From Armatimonadota bacterium (GTDB lineage: Bacteria > Armatimonadota > Zipacnadia > Zipacnadales > VGFC01): a stretch of DNA of 64,000 nucleotides. Position 1 is the first letter of the stretch; every line of letters starts with the position of its first letter. A program made the translations under genes and the position numbers. The notes beneath the pieces are model-generated. The model was not told the origin of the DNA. It was given only the letters and a program-made list of their open reading frames with translations, and searched no databases. The stretch is taken from the NCBI GenBank assembly GCA_016869045.1, contig VGFC01000002.1, positions 2,777 through 66,776 of the forward strand. The letters are read 5' to 3'. Below, one piece after another: positions 47,978 to 57,809 of this stretch.

Positions 47978-49609
47978 CTATCGCGCGTGGTTCGTTGGCA
48001 TCCGGGACGTATCCTCCGAGGACTCCAGATGCCAGACGCGGATGGTGGTGAAGGGGTAGCTGAAGTCGTGAGGCAGGGGTCCGTAGGGGTCAAAGATGAC
48101 CCAGCCCAACCGTCGCCGACATACGGCTTCGAGACTGTAGTCGTCCTCGAGGACGCTATGGAAGGCGCTCGCCGTAGGGTTCCCCGCTCGCAGCCACTCA
48201 GCCGTCTGGAAGTCGGTCTCCACGACCCACTCTGGGCTCTTCGCGCGGAGTGTCTCTGTGTCGAAGTTGGGGATGGCCACCAACGGACGTACGGGCCGAC
48301 GAAACGACGCGTACCCGTTGCCGAGCGCATCGCCCCCGTTGTTGAAGTCCAGCGGCGGCATGTCGAACCAGACCGTGCGGAGCACGCCGACCGGGGTATC
48401 CGCCGGTACTCGGGCCTGCAGGAGCGCCAAGGCTTGATCCCTCGGCTCCGTCTGGAAGGCCATCGAGCCGGACAGCGTGAACGACGAAACTGCCACGCAA
48501 GCTCCAGCCACGGTGTACAGGACCAACCCGAGTCGCGTCCATGTTGAGGTTGCCCCTCGGGCCGCAACGGCGGCCGGAACCGCCAACAGGGGCACGAGCG
48601 GCAGTCCGTAACGCGCGTAACGCACACCGGTCGAGCCGACTATCGCGAACCACAGCAGGGCGAGCAGCACCACCGGCAGCGATTGGGGCCATGTGCGACG
48701 AACGCCGACGGCGCATAGCGCGACCAGTGCGACCAGCGGGACCCGCCCGCCGAGACTGCAGTCAAGCGCGCGGAGATGGAACCACCAGCCGCACGGATCG
48801 GCGGCCTTGGCGGGATACTCGCCCTCGCGCATGTGGCGCATCTCGAAGGCGATGTCGTGGCTCGCCTTCGGCCAGTCGAGGAAGACGTAGGGTGAGAGAA
48901 CCGCGAAGGCGACGGCGGCGATGAGCACGATGGCCGCGCCGCGCAGCAGGGCGGCGCGCCAGGGACGGGGCTTGGGCGAGCGCCAGAGCCAGATCGCCAG
49001 CGCGATCAGTGGCGCGACGAGAACGAGGGCGCCGTTGTACTTGGTCGCGGCTGAGGCGCCGCAGGCGAGGCCGGCGAGGATGACGACCTTCCAGCGCTGG
49101 TCGTCGAGCAGGACGATTCCCGCCCAGGCCGCGAGCGTCACGAAGCAGGCGAGGGGGACATCGACGGCGGCGAAGTGGGAGTAGAGCACATGGCCCGGCG
49201 CGACGGCGACGATGGCCGCGGCCAGTAGACCAGCCCGCCTTCCACCGAGGCGCGCCGCGGCGCCATAGGCTGCGCCGACGGTCACCAGGGCGAGCAGCAC
49301 CGTCATCAGGCGCGCGTCCAGCGTGAAGGCGCGGAGGATGTCGGGAAGCTCCGGGCGGATTCCGCCGAGCCCGAAGTGGAAGAGGCAGGGCGCGGCGGCC
49401 AGGTAGAGATAGAGCGAGGGGTAGTTGAAGAAGTGCGGGTTCGGATCGCCGTTGAGGAGATTCAGTGCCGCCTGGAGCGAGAAGTACTCGTCCGGCTGGT
49501 ACGAGAAGAGGTGGGTCGGCCCGGGCAGGCCCCAGGTGATCCCCAGCAAGCGCAGGGCGGCGGCGACGCCGAGGATGATCCCCAGCGTAACCGCCGCCTT
49601 GGCCTCACC
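47978..49609 (-). CDS. GT-C fold membrane glycosyltransferase (GT39/PMT/ArnT-like); start unresolved
   Basis: ITWGLP...YQPDE, NPHFFNYPSLYLYL, HFAAVDVP, ATKYNG, RYGLPLVP, multiple TM helices. Confidence 0.85.
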   Translation of the reverse strand, partial: GEAKAAVTLGIILGVAAALRLLGITWGLPGPTHLFSYQPDEYFSLQAALNLLNGDPNPHFFNYPSLYLYLAAAPCLFHFGLGGIRPELPDILRAFTLDARLMTVLLALVTVGAAYGAAARLGGRRAGLLAAAIVAVAPGHVLYSHFAAVDVPLACFVTLAAWAGIVLLDDQRWKVVILAGLACGASAATKYNGALVLVAPLIALAIWLWRSPKPRPWRAALLRGAAIVLIAAVAFAVLSPYVFLDWPKASHDIAFEMRHMREGEYPAKAADPCGWWFHLRALDCSLGGRVPLVALVALCAVGVRRTWPQSLPVVLLALLWFAIVGSTGVRYARYGLPLVPLLAVPAAVAARGATSTWTRLGLVLYTVAGACVAVSSFTLSGSMAFQTEPRDQALALLQARVPADTPVGVLRTVWFDMPPLDFNNGGDALGNGYASFRRPVRPLVAIPNFDTETLRAKSPEWVVETDFQTAEWLRAGNPTASAFHSVLEDDYSLEAVCRRRLGWVIFDPYGPLPHDFSYPFTTIRVWHLESSEDTSRMPTNHAR

Positions 49610-49639
49610 CCCGGCCCCTCTCCGTTCCGGAGAGGGGAG
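49603..49639 (+). repeat. CCTCACCCC...CCCCTCTCC/GGAGAGGGG REP-like palindrome (family E)
   Basis: CCTCACCCCCGG-CCCCTCTCCG TTC CGGAGAGGGG-AG between two genes. Confidence 0.7.
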
Positions 49640-49643
49640 AGGC

Positions 49644-52600
49644 CTATCCGTTGGCGGGGCCGGCGAGGTGGACGATGGCGTAGTGGGCGGGCGGGCCCCA
49701 GTGGCCGGCGCCGTCCTTGGCCCGGACGTGGAAGTACCACAGGCCGCCTTCGGTCCCACGGAAGGTCGTGGTTGTGCCGGGGCCTTCTCCCACCTCGTCG
49801 GGGGCCGTAGCCGCATCGCGATCCAGAGCATAGCTGTAGTCGGTGATTCCGGTGGCGTCGGCCGCCTTCCAGCGGAAGCTCGGTGAGGACTTCCCGATGC
49901 GCGCAATCATGAGGTTGTCGAACCGGGCAGTCGCGCCGACGGCGTTGTCCATGTTCCCGCGGTCTGAGAACACGACCTGCTGGACCTCCAGAGGGCCGCC
50001 GCGCTGGAGCTTTCGCAGCGAGGCGGCCAGGTCGATTGTCGCGTGGTGCCACCGGCCGTCCGCGACGGCGCCGGGCACCGTATCGAGCAACTCGCCGCCC
50101 TTATCGGTGAAACCGATGGCGTACCATTGCTCGTCGGTGAACAGCGACAGATCGAGTCTCACGCCCGGCTCGAGCCTGTAGTCGAAACTCAGCAGCGGGT
50201 AGCGATCGACGCTGTACCCCTCGCCCTCGCCCCAGGCCGTCACGGCCATGGCGCCACCGGCCTTCTCGTTGATGATCTTCAGGCACTGCCGGCCATCGGG
50301 GCCGCCGGTAGGGTCGAGGCTCAGCGTTCCACCGCCCTCCGCGGTGCGCGATTGCCAGGCGCCCAGGCCTTCCTCGAACGTGTCGCAGGTGAGCGTCAGG
50401 TGGCTGGTGGACTTCACCTGGGTGACCAGCGGAGGCTCGTCGTCCTTGCCGTAGTCCATCGTCCACGTGAAGGCCGGAGGCAGGGCCGCCTGGTTCCCGA
50501 CGAAATCGGCGGCGCCGGTTAGCTCCACGCTCACGGTCTGGCCGTCTTCGAAGGCCACAGCGCGGGTTGAGGCCGAGCCGTCCCACGTCAGCCGGCCGGC
50601 CGTGGCGTCATAGGTCAGGTAGCCGCTGGCGGTATCGTAGTCCTGACCGTCGATCTTCAGCTTGAGGCTGGAGGGATCGATGCCCGCCGGGCCCTTGTCG
50701 GCGACGTCGAACACGATCTTGGAGGCGGCCGTCCGTTCGTTGGGGGTGGGCTTCACCAGCGCCACGGTGGGCTTGTCCTTGTCGATGATGAGCCGCAGGT
50801 GGCCCGGCTCGCTCCAGTTACCGGCGCCATCGACCGACCGGACGTGGAAGTAGCACTCCCCATCGAGGTCCGGGCGCAAGGTCACCGCCGTGCTCGCGGT
50901 CATCTTCTTCGTGCCGGGGTCGGTGTTCGGAGAGCGGTCGAGGGCGTAGGAGGCGCCGGCAATGCCGCTGGCATCGGTCGTCCTCCATGAGAGTTCGAGA
51001 CCGTTGGCCGCATTGGAGACCGGGATCAGATTGAGGTTGTCAACGTGGTAGGTCCGGCCCTCCGCGTTACCCATCCAGCCCCAGTCTGCCAGGATGAGGT
51101 AGCGCACCTCGTAGCCACTCGTCTGGGGGTCGGCGGCGCGGAGCAGATCGAACAGGTTCACCTCTGCGTGGTGCCACTTGCCGTCGGTCTCTACATTGGG
51201 GATCGCCCCGATCTGGGAGCGCGTGTCGTCGGTGTCGGTGAAGCGGATCGAGCGCCAGCGGCCGTTCACGTACAGCCCAAAGTCGGCCCGCAGCCGCCCC
51301 GAGCAGTTGTAGTCGAAGGTCAGCAGTCGGTACTTGCCGGCATCGAAGGCGTCCTTACGTACATAGACGCCGAAGCGGCCGCCCTGGCGGGCGTTGTAGA
51401 GCCGCAACGAGTAGTCGCCTGCGGCGGCCGTCGAAGGGTCGCGGCAGACGAGCGCGCCGTCGGGGCCGCCAAACGTGGACCACTGCGACAAGCCGCTCTC
51501 GAAGTCATCCCGGCAGAGGTAATCGTCCGTGCTGGTAATGTAGGGAACGGTGGGCGGGGTCTTATCGCGTCCCGTGCTGTACTTCCACTGCCATTCGAGA
51601 GGCTGGCCGAGGCCGTGGCCGAGACGGTCGCTGGCCGCCGCCAGCTGCACGGTCACGGACTGGCCGTCCTTGAGGGCCGGGTCCACTTTGCCCAGGTCGA
51701 ACAGCAAGCGCTCCTGGCTGACATCGTAGCGCAGGGCCGATCCATCGCAGGCGTAGTCCTTGCCCTGCACGCGCAGCATGATGGAGGCCGGGTCGATTCC
51801 GGAACCGCCGGGATCGGTGAGACCGACGGTCAAGATCGGCGCGCCGCTCGTTTCGCCGTTGTCGGGAGAGCGTTGGGTGATCTTGGGCGGCTGGTCATCG
51901 ACCACTAGGCGCCGATGCATGGTCGCGCCCCACGAACCGTCGGCCATCTTCGGTCGGACATGCGCGTAGTACGTGCCGCTGCCGCCCAGACTGTCGGCGA
52001 TGTCCGCCCCACCAACGGTCCTGTCGCCTGCGGGCACGGAGTACGGCTGCTGGTCGATGGTGTAGGCGCAGTCCTGAACTTCGGCGTCGCCGTGCCTGCT
52101 CCACGTCAGGGAGGCCTCCTTCGGCCCGGCGCCGCCGAGGTAGAGGTTGTCGATGAGCAGCGTGGCGCCGGCGTGGTTGCCGCCGAAGCCTGCGTGCATG
52201 TACCCGTCGGTGTGGGTGTTGGCGAAGTAGACGTCCTCCAGCCAGATCGGCTCGTCGGACTTGTAGAGCCGGTCGAGAAGGCCGATGAGGTCCAGGTCTA
52301 CCGAGTGCCACTGTCCGTCCGCCTTCACGTTGGGCAGTCGGGCCAGGATCTGCGCCTGCGGGCCGATGCCCTCGGGCGCGGTGAACACGATCTCGTAGAC
52401 GCTCGAGTTCACCACGCAGTAGAGGTTCAGGCGCACGTCCGGGTCCGCCCTGTAGTCGAAGGACAGGCGCCCGTACTTCCGCGCGTCCAGGCGAGGCGTG
52501 CGCAGCCGCGCCCCGAACTGGCCGCCGGAACTCTCGTCGATCAGCGCCAACGCGTGACCCTTCCCGTCGGCGCCCGGCGACACCAGCGTCATCCGGGCCC

Positions 52601-53549
52601 CGTTGGTGCCGCCGAAGCTGCGCCACTCGCCCACGTCCGCCTCGAAGTCATCGTACACGGCGGGATGGGTCTCGGAGTTCACGTCCACCACGCGCGGTTC
52701 GAGGGACTGCTTGACCGGAGTCAGACGGAGCGAATCGGCCGGCATGGGATCGGGCGGCGTCTTCTCAGCGGCGTAGTAGATCTTGGCCCGCGAGACGACG
52801 ATTCCGTTGTGCATCGTCCAGAGGGCCACGTGACCGCCCGGCAGCGGGTCAGGGTCCTCGGCCTGCAAGATCAGCTTCTCGTCCTTGTAGAACTGCAGCC
52901 GGTTACCGCACAGCCGCGCCCGCAGCCCCCACCACTTGCGGTGGAAGTCGTTGGCGTCCTTGGGATAGGCATCTTCGAAGACCGGGAACAGCGCGCTTGC
53001 GTCCCGCGTCTCGGCGAGGACCTTGTCCCCCTTCAGGATGCGGGAGAAGCTGTTCAGCTCACCCCCCATGACGAAGCTGTAGCCCGAATCGAGGTTCGCG
53101 CCATCCCCGTGGATCGTGAGGTTCATGTCGTTGGGGTTCTTGTAGCGACCTTTGCCTCCGATGCCCATCTTCATGGCGGCGTAAAGCTCGACCGTGAGGT
53201 CGCCCAGAAACTGGCGCTTGTTCCAGGCGGCGGCCAGACCATCGGGGTCGTATCCGCCAAACCAGGACCACTGGGTCGAGCAATCCCAACGGTTGGTCTG
53301 CTTCCAGGTCCCGGCGCGGGCCACCCAGTCGGTCGGGGCGGTTGTGAAGGTGTAGTCGTAGACGTTGGAGGAGAGCACGTCCACCTGCCCGATGTCCAAC
53401 GCAAGCCCATCCACGGAGACGCCGGTCCGGCGGCCGTGTGCGGCCTTATTCGGGGCGACGCTGCTCTTCAGGTCCGCCGCCGTTCCTGTCGCGGCCAGAC
53501 CCAACAGCAAGGCCAAGGCGATCACAACCCGAGGGCTGGATCCTCGCAT
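49644..53549 (-). CDS. Large secreted protein (1301 aa): ConA/LamG-like N-domain plus three repeats of [CBM-like sandwich + Ig/FN3-like domains]
   Basis: Signal peptide. Three DDFExxxGxW...(L/S)FDY...DGxWH units, each followed by SY.LD...YFHVR-like segments. Confidence 0.7.
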   Translation of the reverse strand: MRGSSPRVVIALALLLGLAATGTAADLKSSVAPNKAAHGRRTGVSVDGLALDIGQVDVLSSNVYDYTFTTAPTDWVARAGTWKQTNRWDCSTQWSWFGGYDPDGLAAAWNKRQFLGDLTVELYAAMKMGIGGKGRYKNPNDMNLTIHGDGANLDSGYSFVMGGELNSFSRILKGDKVLAETRDASALFPVFEDAYPKDANDFHRKWWGLRARLCGNRLQFYKDEKLILQAEDPDPLPGGHVALWTMHNGIVVSRAKIYYAAEKTPPDPMPADSLRLTPVKQSLEPRVVDVNSETHPAVYDDFEADVGEWRSFGGTNGARMTLVSPGADGKGHALALIDESSGGQFGARLRTPRLDARKYGRLSFDYRADPDVRLNLYCVVNSSVYEIVFTAPEGIGPQAQILARLPNVKADGQWHSVDLDLIGLLDRLYKSDEPIWLEDVYFANTHTDGYMHAGFGGNHAGATLLIDNLYLGGAGPKEASLTWSRHGDAEVQDCAYTIDQQPYSVPAGDRTVGGADIADSLGGSGTYYAHVRPKMADGSWGATMHRRLVVDDQPPKITQRSPDNGETSGAPILTVGLTDPGGSGIDPASIMLRVQGKDYACDGSALRYDVSQERLLFDLGKVDPALKDGQSVTVQLAAASDRLGHGLGQPLEWQWKYSTGRDKTPPTVPYITSTDDYLCRDDFESGLSQWSTFGGPDGALVCRDPSTAAAGDYSLRLYNARQGGRFGVYVRKDAFDAGKYRLLTFDYNCSGRLRADFGLYVNGRWRSIRFTDTDDTRSQIGAIPNVETDGKWHHAEVNLFDLLRAADPQTSGYEVRYLILADWGWMGNAEGRTYHVDNLNLIPVSNAANGLELSWRTTDASGIAGASYALDRSPNTDPGTKKMTASTAVTLRPDLDGECYFHVRSVDGAGNWSEPGHLRLIIDKDKPTVALVKPTPNERTAASKIVFDVADKGPAGIDPSSLKLKIDGQDYDTASGYLTYDATAGRLTWDGSASTRAVAFEDGQTVSVELTGAADFVGNQAALPPAFTWTMDYGKDDEPPLVTQVKSTSHLTLTCDTFEEGLGAWQSRTAEGGGTLSLDPTGGPDGRQCLKIINEKAGGAMAVTAWGEGEGYSVDRYPLLSFDYRLEPGVRLDLSLFTDEQWYAIGFTDKGGELLDTVPGAVADGRWHHATIDLAASLRKLQRGGPLEVQQVVFSDRGNMDNAVGATARFDNLMIARIGKSSPSFRWKAADATGITDYSYALDRDAATAPDEVGEGPGTTTTFRGTEGGLWYFHVRAKDGAGHWGPPAHYAIVHLAGPANG

Positions 53550-53556
53550 GTCAATC

Positions 53557-55563
53557 CTACCCCTGCGCGCCCGTGGCGGCCGCCAACGGCTGGTCGATCA
53601 GCGGCTTGTCGTCCACGGACACCAGAATGTGCGCGCCCTGGCGCGCAAACCGCACGTTGCAGCTACTGCTCTGCAGTTCCACCTCGGCCCGTCCGAGTTC
53701 GGTCGTGCCCTGCGTCACCTGCGCTTTGAGGGTCTTGGTGCCCTTGGTCGCGGATAGCACGAGCCGGATGCCCTCTTCGGTCCGCTCGGGCTCGCCGCCC
53801 AGCGTGACCTTCACGTTGCCGTCGCGCAGGCCGACGAACCGCACCTTGAAGGCGACCGTCACGTCGCCGTAGTAGTCGCCCTTCGTCCACCAGGTGGCGC
53901 CGGGCTCCATCTTGGCGGGCTGCACCCATGGCGCGCGGCTGCTGGCCCACTCGGCCATCTCGGGGTGCTCGCTGACCTTGGTGAACTCGCGCGTGACCTG
54001 CGCCGGCCGCTTGGGCTCCAGAAACGAGACGAGCACTTGGCCGAATCGCGCGTCCTTCCCTCCGTCGGCGTACAGCCCAATCGCGCCGCCCGGGCACTCC
54101 GCGACCATCCCCTCCACCGCCGGCTCGCCATCGACGTAGGTCCTCACGAAGCCTCGCTCGACGGAGGCAGCAAGCGTGAGTGGCTTGCCGCCGCCAAGCT
54201 TCATGTCGCGCTCGGCGATGGGCGTCTCTCCGGCCGGGCCGACCATCAGGAGCTGGGCCTTCTGGCCGTCCACACGGAAGAGGGCCGCGCGGCCGTCCGC
54301 CTGGCGGGCGACCTGCAGCCCCACCTTGGCCTTGTTCGGCGTCACCCTGACCTCGGCGCGGTAGTCGGTCCAGCCCAGCCGACCGGAGGTGAGACACCCC
54401 GTACCTGCACACCTCGCCTCGCCACCGTTGGTGAGCGACCAGTCGCCTCCGGCCGCCTCCCAGCGTAGCATGTTCGCGAAGTCCTCGCGGAAGGTCTCGT
54501 AGTCCGCGATGACGACATCGTCGAAGAAGCCCTGGTCCTCGCCCTCCGCGTACAGGCCCGCGCTGCCGAAGGCCAGGCGCGTCGAGGGGGCCTGCAGCAC
54601 AGGAAGGCCGTCGATGGTGCACTCGACGCGGCCATCGCAGACTGCCGCGCCCAGCTTGTACCACTGGTCCGGCACGAAGCCGCCGGGCTTCTCGGCCAGG
54701 ACCTTGGGCTCTCCGCCGACCACTTCCAGCAGCTCCGCTCGATTGCCATGCTCGCCGGTGTCCCAGACGGAGGCCCAACGGAAGGCCAGGTAGTTCGACT
54801 CATCCCGCGCCAGCAAGACCAACCCCATGGCGCCCCTGCCCTGCGACCGCGCGGAGGCCTCGACGCGGTAGTCCGTCCACCACCAGGAGTCCTTCTCCGC
54901 GAGGGAGATGGCAGGCCCGTCCTTGGCGACAACCTGGTAGTTGAAGGCGTTGGCCGATTTGTCGGCTTCCATCGTCTCCGCCTGGTCGTCGTCGCGGAGG
55001 CTCTTGATCTGCCACGCGCCCGTGAGTTCGGTCCAGAAGTGCAGCGTGTCCTTGTCGCGCACGAAGGCGTCCGCAGAGCGGATGGGCTCCATCGCCTGCA
55101 CATAGGGCTCGGCAACCTGCCCTTCCGCTGCGACGTATCCCGCCTTGCCGTTCGCGAGCGCCCCGTCCCAGCCCCTGCAAGCAACTTGCCCGGCATAGGC
55201 GAACAAGAGGCGCGAGTTCCTCCGGAGTATCGCGAAGGGCTGCGCACCCTCCGCGCCGGCCAACGCGATCTCGCCCGGCTCGCCGATGGGCTTCGTGGTC
55301 CCGCCCAGCGTACGGTAGAAACAGGCCTGGGGGGCGGCGATGTCGAGGAGGCCGTAGTTGGACTCGTCCTGGTAGTTGACCACGAACTGGAGCTTGTCGC
55401 CCGCCTTGAGGTTGAGATCATCTCTGACGGCAACGTCACCCTCAAGGGGGGTGTCGATGAATGTGATGGGGCCGGCGAGGGAGGGCGCCGCCTGAGCGGT
55501 CACCACCGCCGCCAGACCGACGAGCGCCAAACACAGGACGGCGAATCGGGGGATCGCGTGCAT
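53557..55563 (-). CDS. Secreted multi-ConA/LamG (3-keto-disaccharide-hydrolase-like) beta-sandwich protein (668 aa)
   Basis: Signal MHAIPRFAVLCLALVGLAAVVTAQA. WTDYRVEA...QWYKL...GSAGLYAE...FDDVVI motif repeated. Confidence 0.65.
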   Translation of the reverse strand: MHAIPRFAVLCLALVGLAAVVTAQAAPSLAGPITFIDTPLEGDVAVRDDLNLKAGDKLQFVVNYQDESNYGLLDIAAPQACFYRTLGGTTKPIGEPGEIALAGAEGAQPFAILRRNSRLLFAYAGQVACRGWDGALANGKAGYVAAEGQVAEPYVQAMEPIRSADAFVRDKDTLHFWTELTGAWQIKSLRDDDQAETMEADKSANAFNYQVVAKDGPAISLAEKDSWWWTDYRVEASARSQGRGAMGLVLLARDESNYLAFRWASVWDTGEHGNRAELLEVVGGEPKVLAEKPGGFVPDQWYKLGAAVCDGRVECTIDGLPVLQAPSTRLAFGSAGLYAEGEDQGFFDDVVIADYETFREDFANMLRWEAAGGDWSLTNGGEARCAGTGCLTSGRLGWTDYRAEVRVTPNKAKVGLQVARQADGRAALFRVDGQKAQLLMVGPAGETPIAERDMKLGGGKPLTLAASVERGFVRTYVDGEPAVEGMVAECPGGAIGLYADGGKDARFGQVLVSFLEPKRPAQVTREFTKVSEHPEMAEWASSRAPWVQPAKMEPGATWWTKGDYYGDVTVAFKVRFVGLRDGNVKVTLGGEPERTEEGIRLVLSATKGTKTLKAQVTQGTTELGRAEVELQSSSCNVRFARQGAHILVSVDDKPLIDQPLAAATGAQG

Positions 55564-55686
55564 CCTCTCCACCTTGACGCAAGGAGTAACGTGCAGCACA
55601 ACAGGCCGGCGCCCGGTGCGCTGCGTCACTAGGTTAGACGCAGGAAGGCGGGGAAAGGTTACGCGGAGGCGCCGGGCACGGAGACC

Positions 55687-55779
55687 AATCGGGGACACGA
55701 TCCCAGTCGGCGCAGCGGCAAATCGGGGACACGATCCCAATTCGATACGACCGAATTGGGTCATGTCCCCGATTTGCCG
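55687..55779. repeat. Family D palindromic repeat with a duplicated left arm
   Basis: AATCGGGGACACGATCCCA twice (55687, 55721); CGGCAAATCGGGGACACGATCCCAATTCG pairs with CGAATTGGGTCATGTCCCCGATTTGCCG. Confidence 0.85.
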
Positions 55780-55785
55780 TCGGGG

Positions 55786-56361
55786 CTACTCGGTCACGCG
55801 GTAGTCGGGCGTTTCGGCCATTGCCCGCGTCGGGATGGTGCGCGTGTCGTTGGTGATGAGGAACTGGTCCGCGCGGGCGCCGTCCTCACGGTTCTGGATC
55901 TTCACGCTGTGCACGCCCGCGGTCAGCGCGTACGGCTGCGGCGCCTTGCGCCACTTCCAGGTCTTGAAGGTCCCGTCGCCCCCGACGACTTGCGCGGGCT
56001 TGTCGTCCACTACCAGGAAGAAGGAGTTGCCGCAGGCGTCGTACCACCACGTGCGGACCCAGACCGTGTAGTTGCCCTGCTCGGGGACCCTCACCTTGAA
56101 GTAGACGGACCCGCCGTCGCCCTGCACGCCGGAGTTCTCGCTCGTGGCGTGGGGGCGCTTCAGCGGGTACTCCGTGTACTTCCCATTCGAAGCAGTGGTG
56201 TCTCCGGCCTTGACGGCCGTGGACGGCTTGATCGCGTTGTAGTGCTCGGTCTCGATCACGATGTTGTAGCGCTGTGCGGCGAACACGACCGCCGCGAGGG
56301 TGCCCACCAGCGCGCAGATCAGCAGGACCGTCGCACCAATCCGTACTCGTCCGTTCGTCAT
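55786..56361 (-). CDS. Small secreted CBM6/35-like beta-sandwich protein (191 aa)
   Basis: Signal peptide. IETEHY, GNYTVWVR, NSFFLVVD, LTAGVHSVKIQNREDGARADQFLIT. Confidence 0.7.
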   Translation of the reverse strand: MTNGRVRIGATVLLICALVGTLAAVVFAAQRYNIVIETEHYNAIKPSTAVKAGDTTASNGKYTEYPLKRPHATSENSGVQGDGGSVYFKVRVPEQGNYTVWVRTWWYDACGNSFFLVVDDKPAQVVGGDGTFKTWKWRKAPQPYALTAGVHSVKIQNREDGARADQFLITNDTRTIPTRAMAETPDYRVTE

Positions 56362-56366
56362 CCCAG

Positions 56367-57809
56367 TCATCCTCCGTTCGGAGTATCAGCCCCGAACTCG
56401 GACAGGCAGGAATGCCTGTCCTCCAAGTCTCGGGGCCGGCTTGTCTCCCCGCCGCCTACCGGCGCCTTGGCGAGCTCCTCGACCACGCTCACCAGCGCCA
56501 GCAGCAAGATCAGGGTAAGGCTCAACCCTCGCACGAGAACGCTGCTGAACAGCATGGCCAGAAACACGCCCAACATGCTCCCGGCGAGGCCCGCGCTCAA
56601 GGCGCGGAGGTACTCGGTCGGTCCCTTCGTGCTCTGAACGACTGCCGTGCGGTAGCCGGCATACAGCAACGCCGCCAGCGCGATCAGCCCGCACAGCCCC
56701 ATCGAGCCGGCGATCACCAGCCACCCGCAGTTCGTGTCCGGCTCGATCTTCTCGAAGTTGGGCAGCATCCCGTAGTTCTGCCCGATGTGCAACTGGTAGC
56801 CGCCCGTTCCTACCCCAAGGACGGGGTTCGCCCGCACCATGTTCAGCGCGGGCTGCCACTCGACCCACCTCTTCTTGACCTCCGTGGTCGTCGGAAGTTC
56901 CCCGCCCCGGAAGCTCTCGTCCGTGATTGCCGTCTCATCCCGCACGCCCTCCTCGTACCAGTCCATCAACTCGACCACGTCTGCCTCATGGTTCCGAGGA
57001 AGCGCCCACGGGCCCAGGGCAGTGAAGGCGACCACCGCCGCCGCGACGATCAGCGCCGTCCGCACGCTGCGGCGCAAGCTGAGGGCGATGAGGATCGCCG
57101 CGAGCGCCCAGAAGTGCCAGCCGGAGAGCATCGTCAGCATCCCCAAGGCCACCATCGTCAGCAGAGCGGGCCTCACCCATCCCGAGCCGCGCAGTCCGAG
57201 ACTGAACAGCACCGGCAGCACGAGCAGCAAGTAGTTGCAGTAGATGCTCCGGCTGCTCTTGCCCGCGAGGTGGAGCGTGTGGCCCAGCGGAGTCTTCGAG
57301 ATCACCTCGCCAAGGCCGAACGTCGAGCTGACCCGCCGGAAGGTCTCGCCCGGGTCGGCCGGGTCGGCCCAGAGGATGTACTGAGCCAGCGCGACCAGGA
57401 CCATCAGCGCGGTGAGGACCCCCAGCAGCCCCACGACCCACTTCACCCGCGTCTCATCGGTGATCGCGTTCAGGAACAGCAGGTAGGCGCAGACGAAGTA
57501 GAGGACATACTGCGCGACATCGACGATGCCCGACTTCAGGGCCTCCGGGGAGTCGGCGCGGCCGACCGCGACGATGGCCACCGCCACGAGAACGCCTGCC
57601 GCCAGGGGCGGCCACTTCACGCGCCGCCACGCACCCGTCCCCAGCGCCCACAAGGCCCACACGCCGAATAGCAGGGCGGCAAACACGTCGGCGCCCGAGA
57701 CGAACGGACCGTCCTTCAGGTCCTTCGCCAGCGCGGCCTGGGTTTGGGCCAGCACGATGAGGAGCAACACACCCCATAGTAGCCAGCCGGGGGACTTCGG
57801 CTGAGTCAT
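56367..57809 (-). CDS. O-antigen ligase / O-oligosaccharyltransferase-like (Wzy_C) membrane protein
   Basis: Multiple TM helices; RWVEWQPALNMVRANPVLGVGTGGY periplasmic motif. Confidence 0.82.
   Translation of the reverse strand: MTQPKSPGWLLWGVLLLIVLAQTQAALAKDLKDGPFVSGADVFAALLFGVWALWALGTGAWRRVKWPPLAAGVLVAVAIVAVGRADSPEALKSGIVDVAQYVLYFVCAYLLFLNAITDETRVKWVVGLLGVLTALMVLVALAQYILWADPADPGETFRRVSSTFGLGEVISKTPLGHTLHLAGKSSRSIYCNYLLLVLPVLFSLGLRGSGWVRPALLTMVALGMLTMLSGWHFWALAAILIALSLRRSVRTALIVAAAVVAFTALGPWALPRNHEADVVELMDWYEEGVRDETAITDESFRGGELPTTTEVKKRWVEWQPALNMVRANPVLGVGTGGYQLHIGQNYGMLPNFEKIEPDTNCGWLVIAGSMGLCGLIALAALLYAGYRTAVVQSTKGPTEYLRALSAGLAGSMLGVFLAMLFSSVLVRGLSLTLILLLALVSVVEELAKAPVGGGETSRPRDLEDRHSCLSEFGADTPNGG
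56400..56424 (-). repeat. Family B REP inside the 3' end of the O-antigen-ligase-like CDS
   Basis: Reverse complement of GGAGGACAGGCATTCCTGCCTGTCC; encodes EDRHSCLS. Confidence 0.85.
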
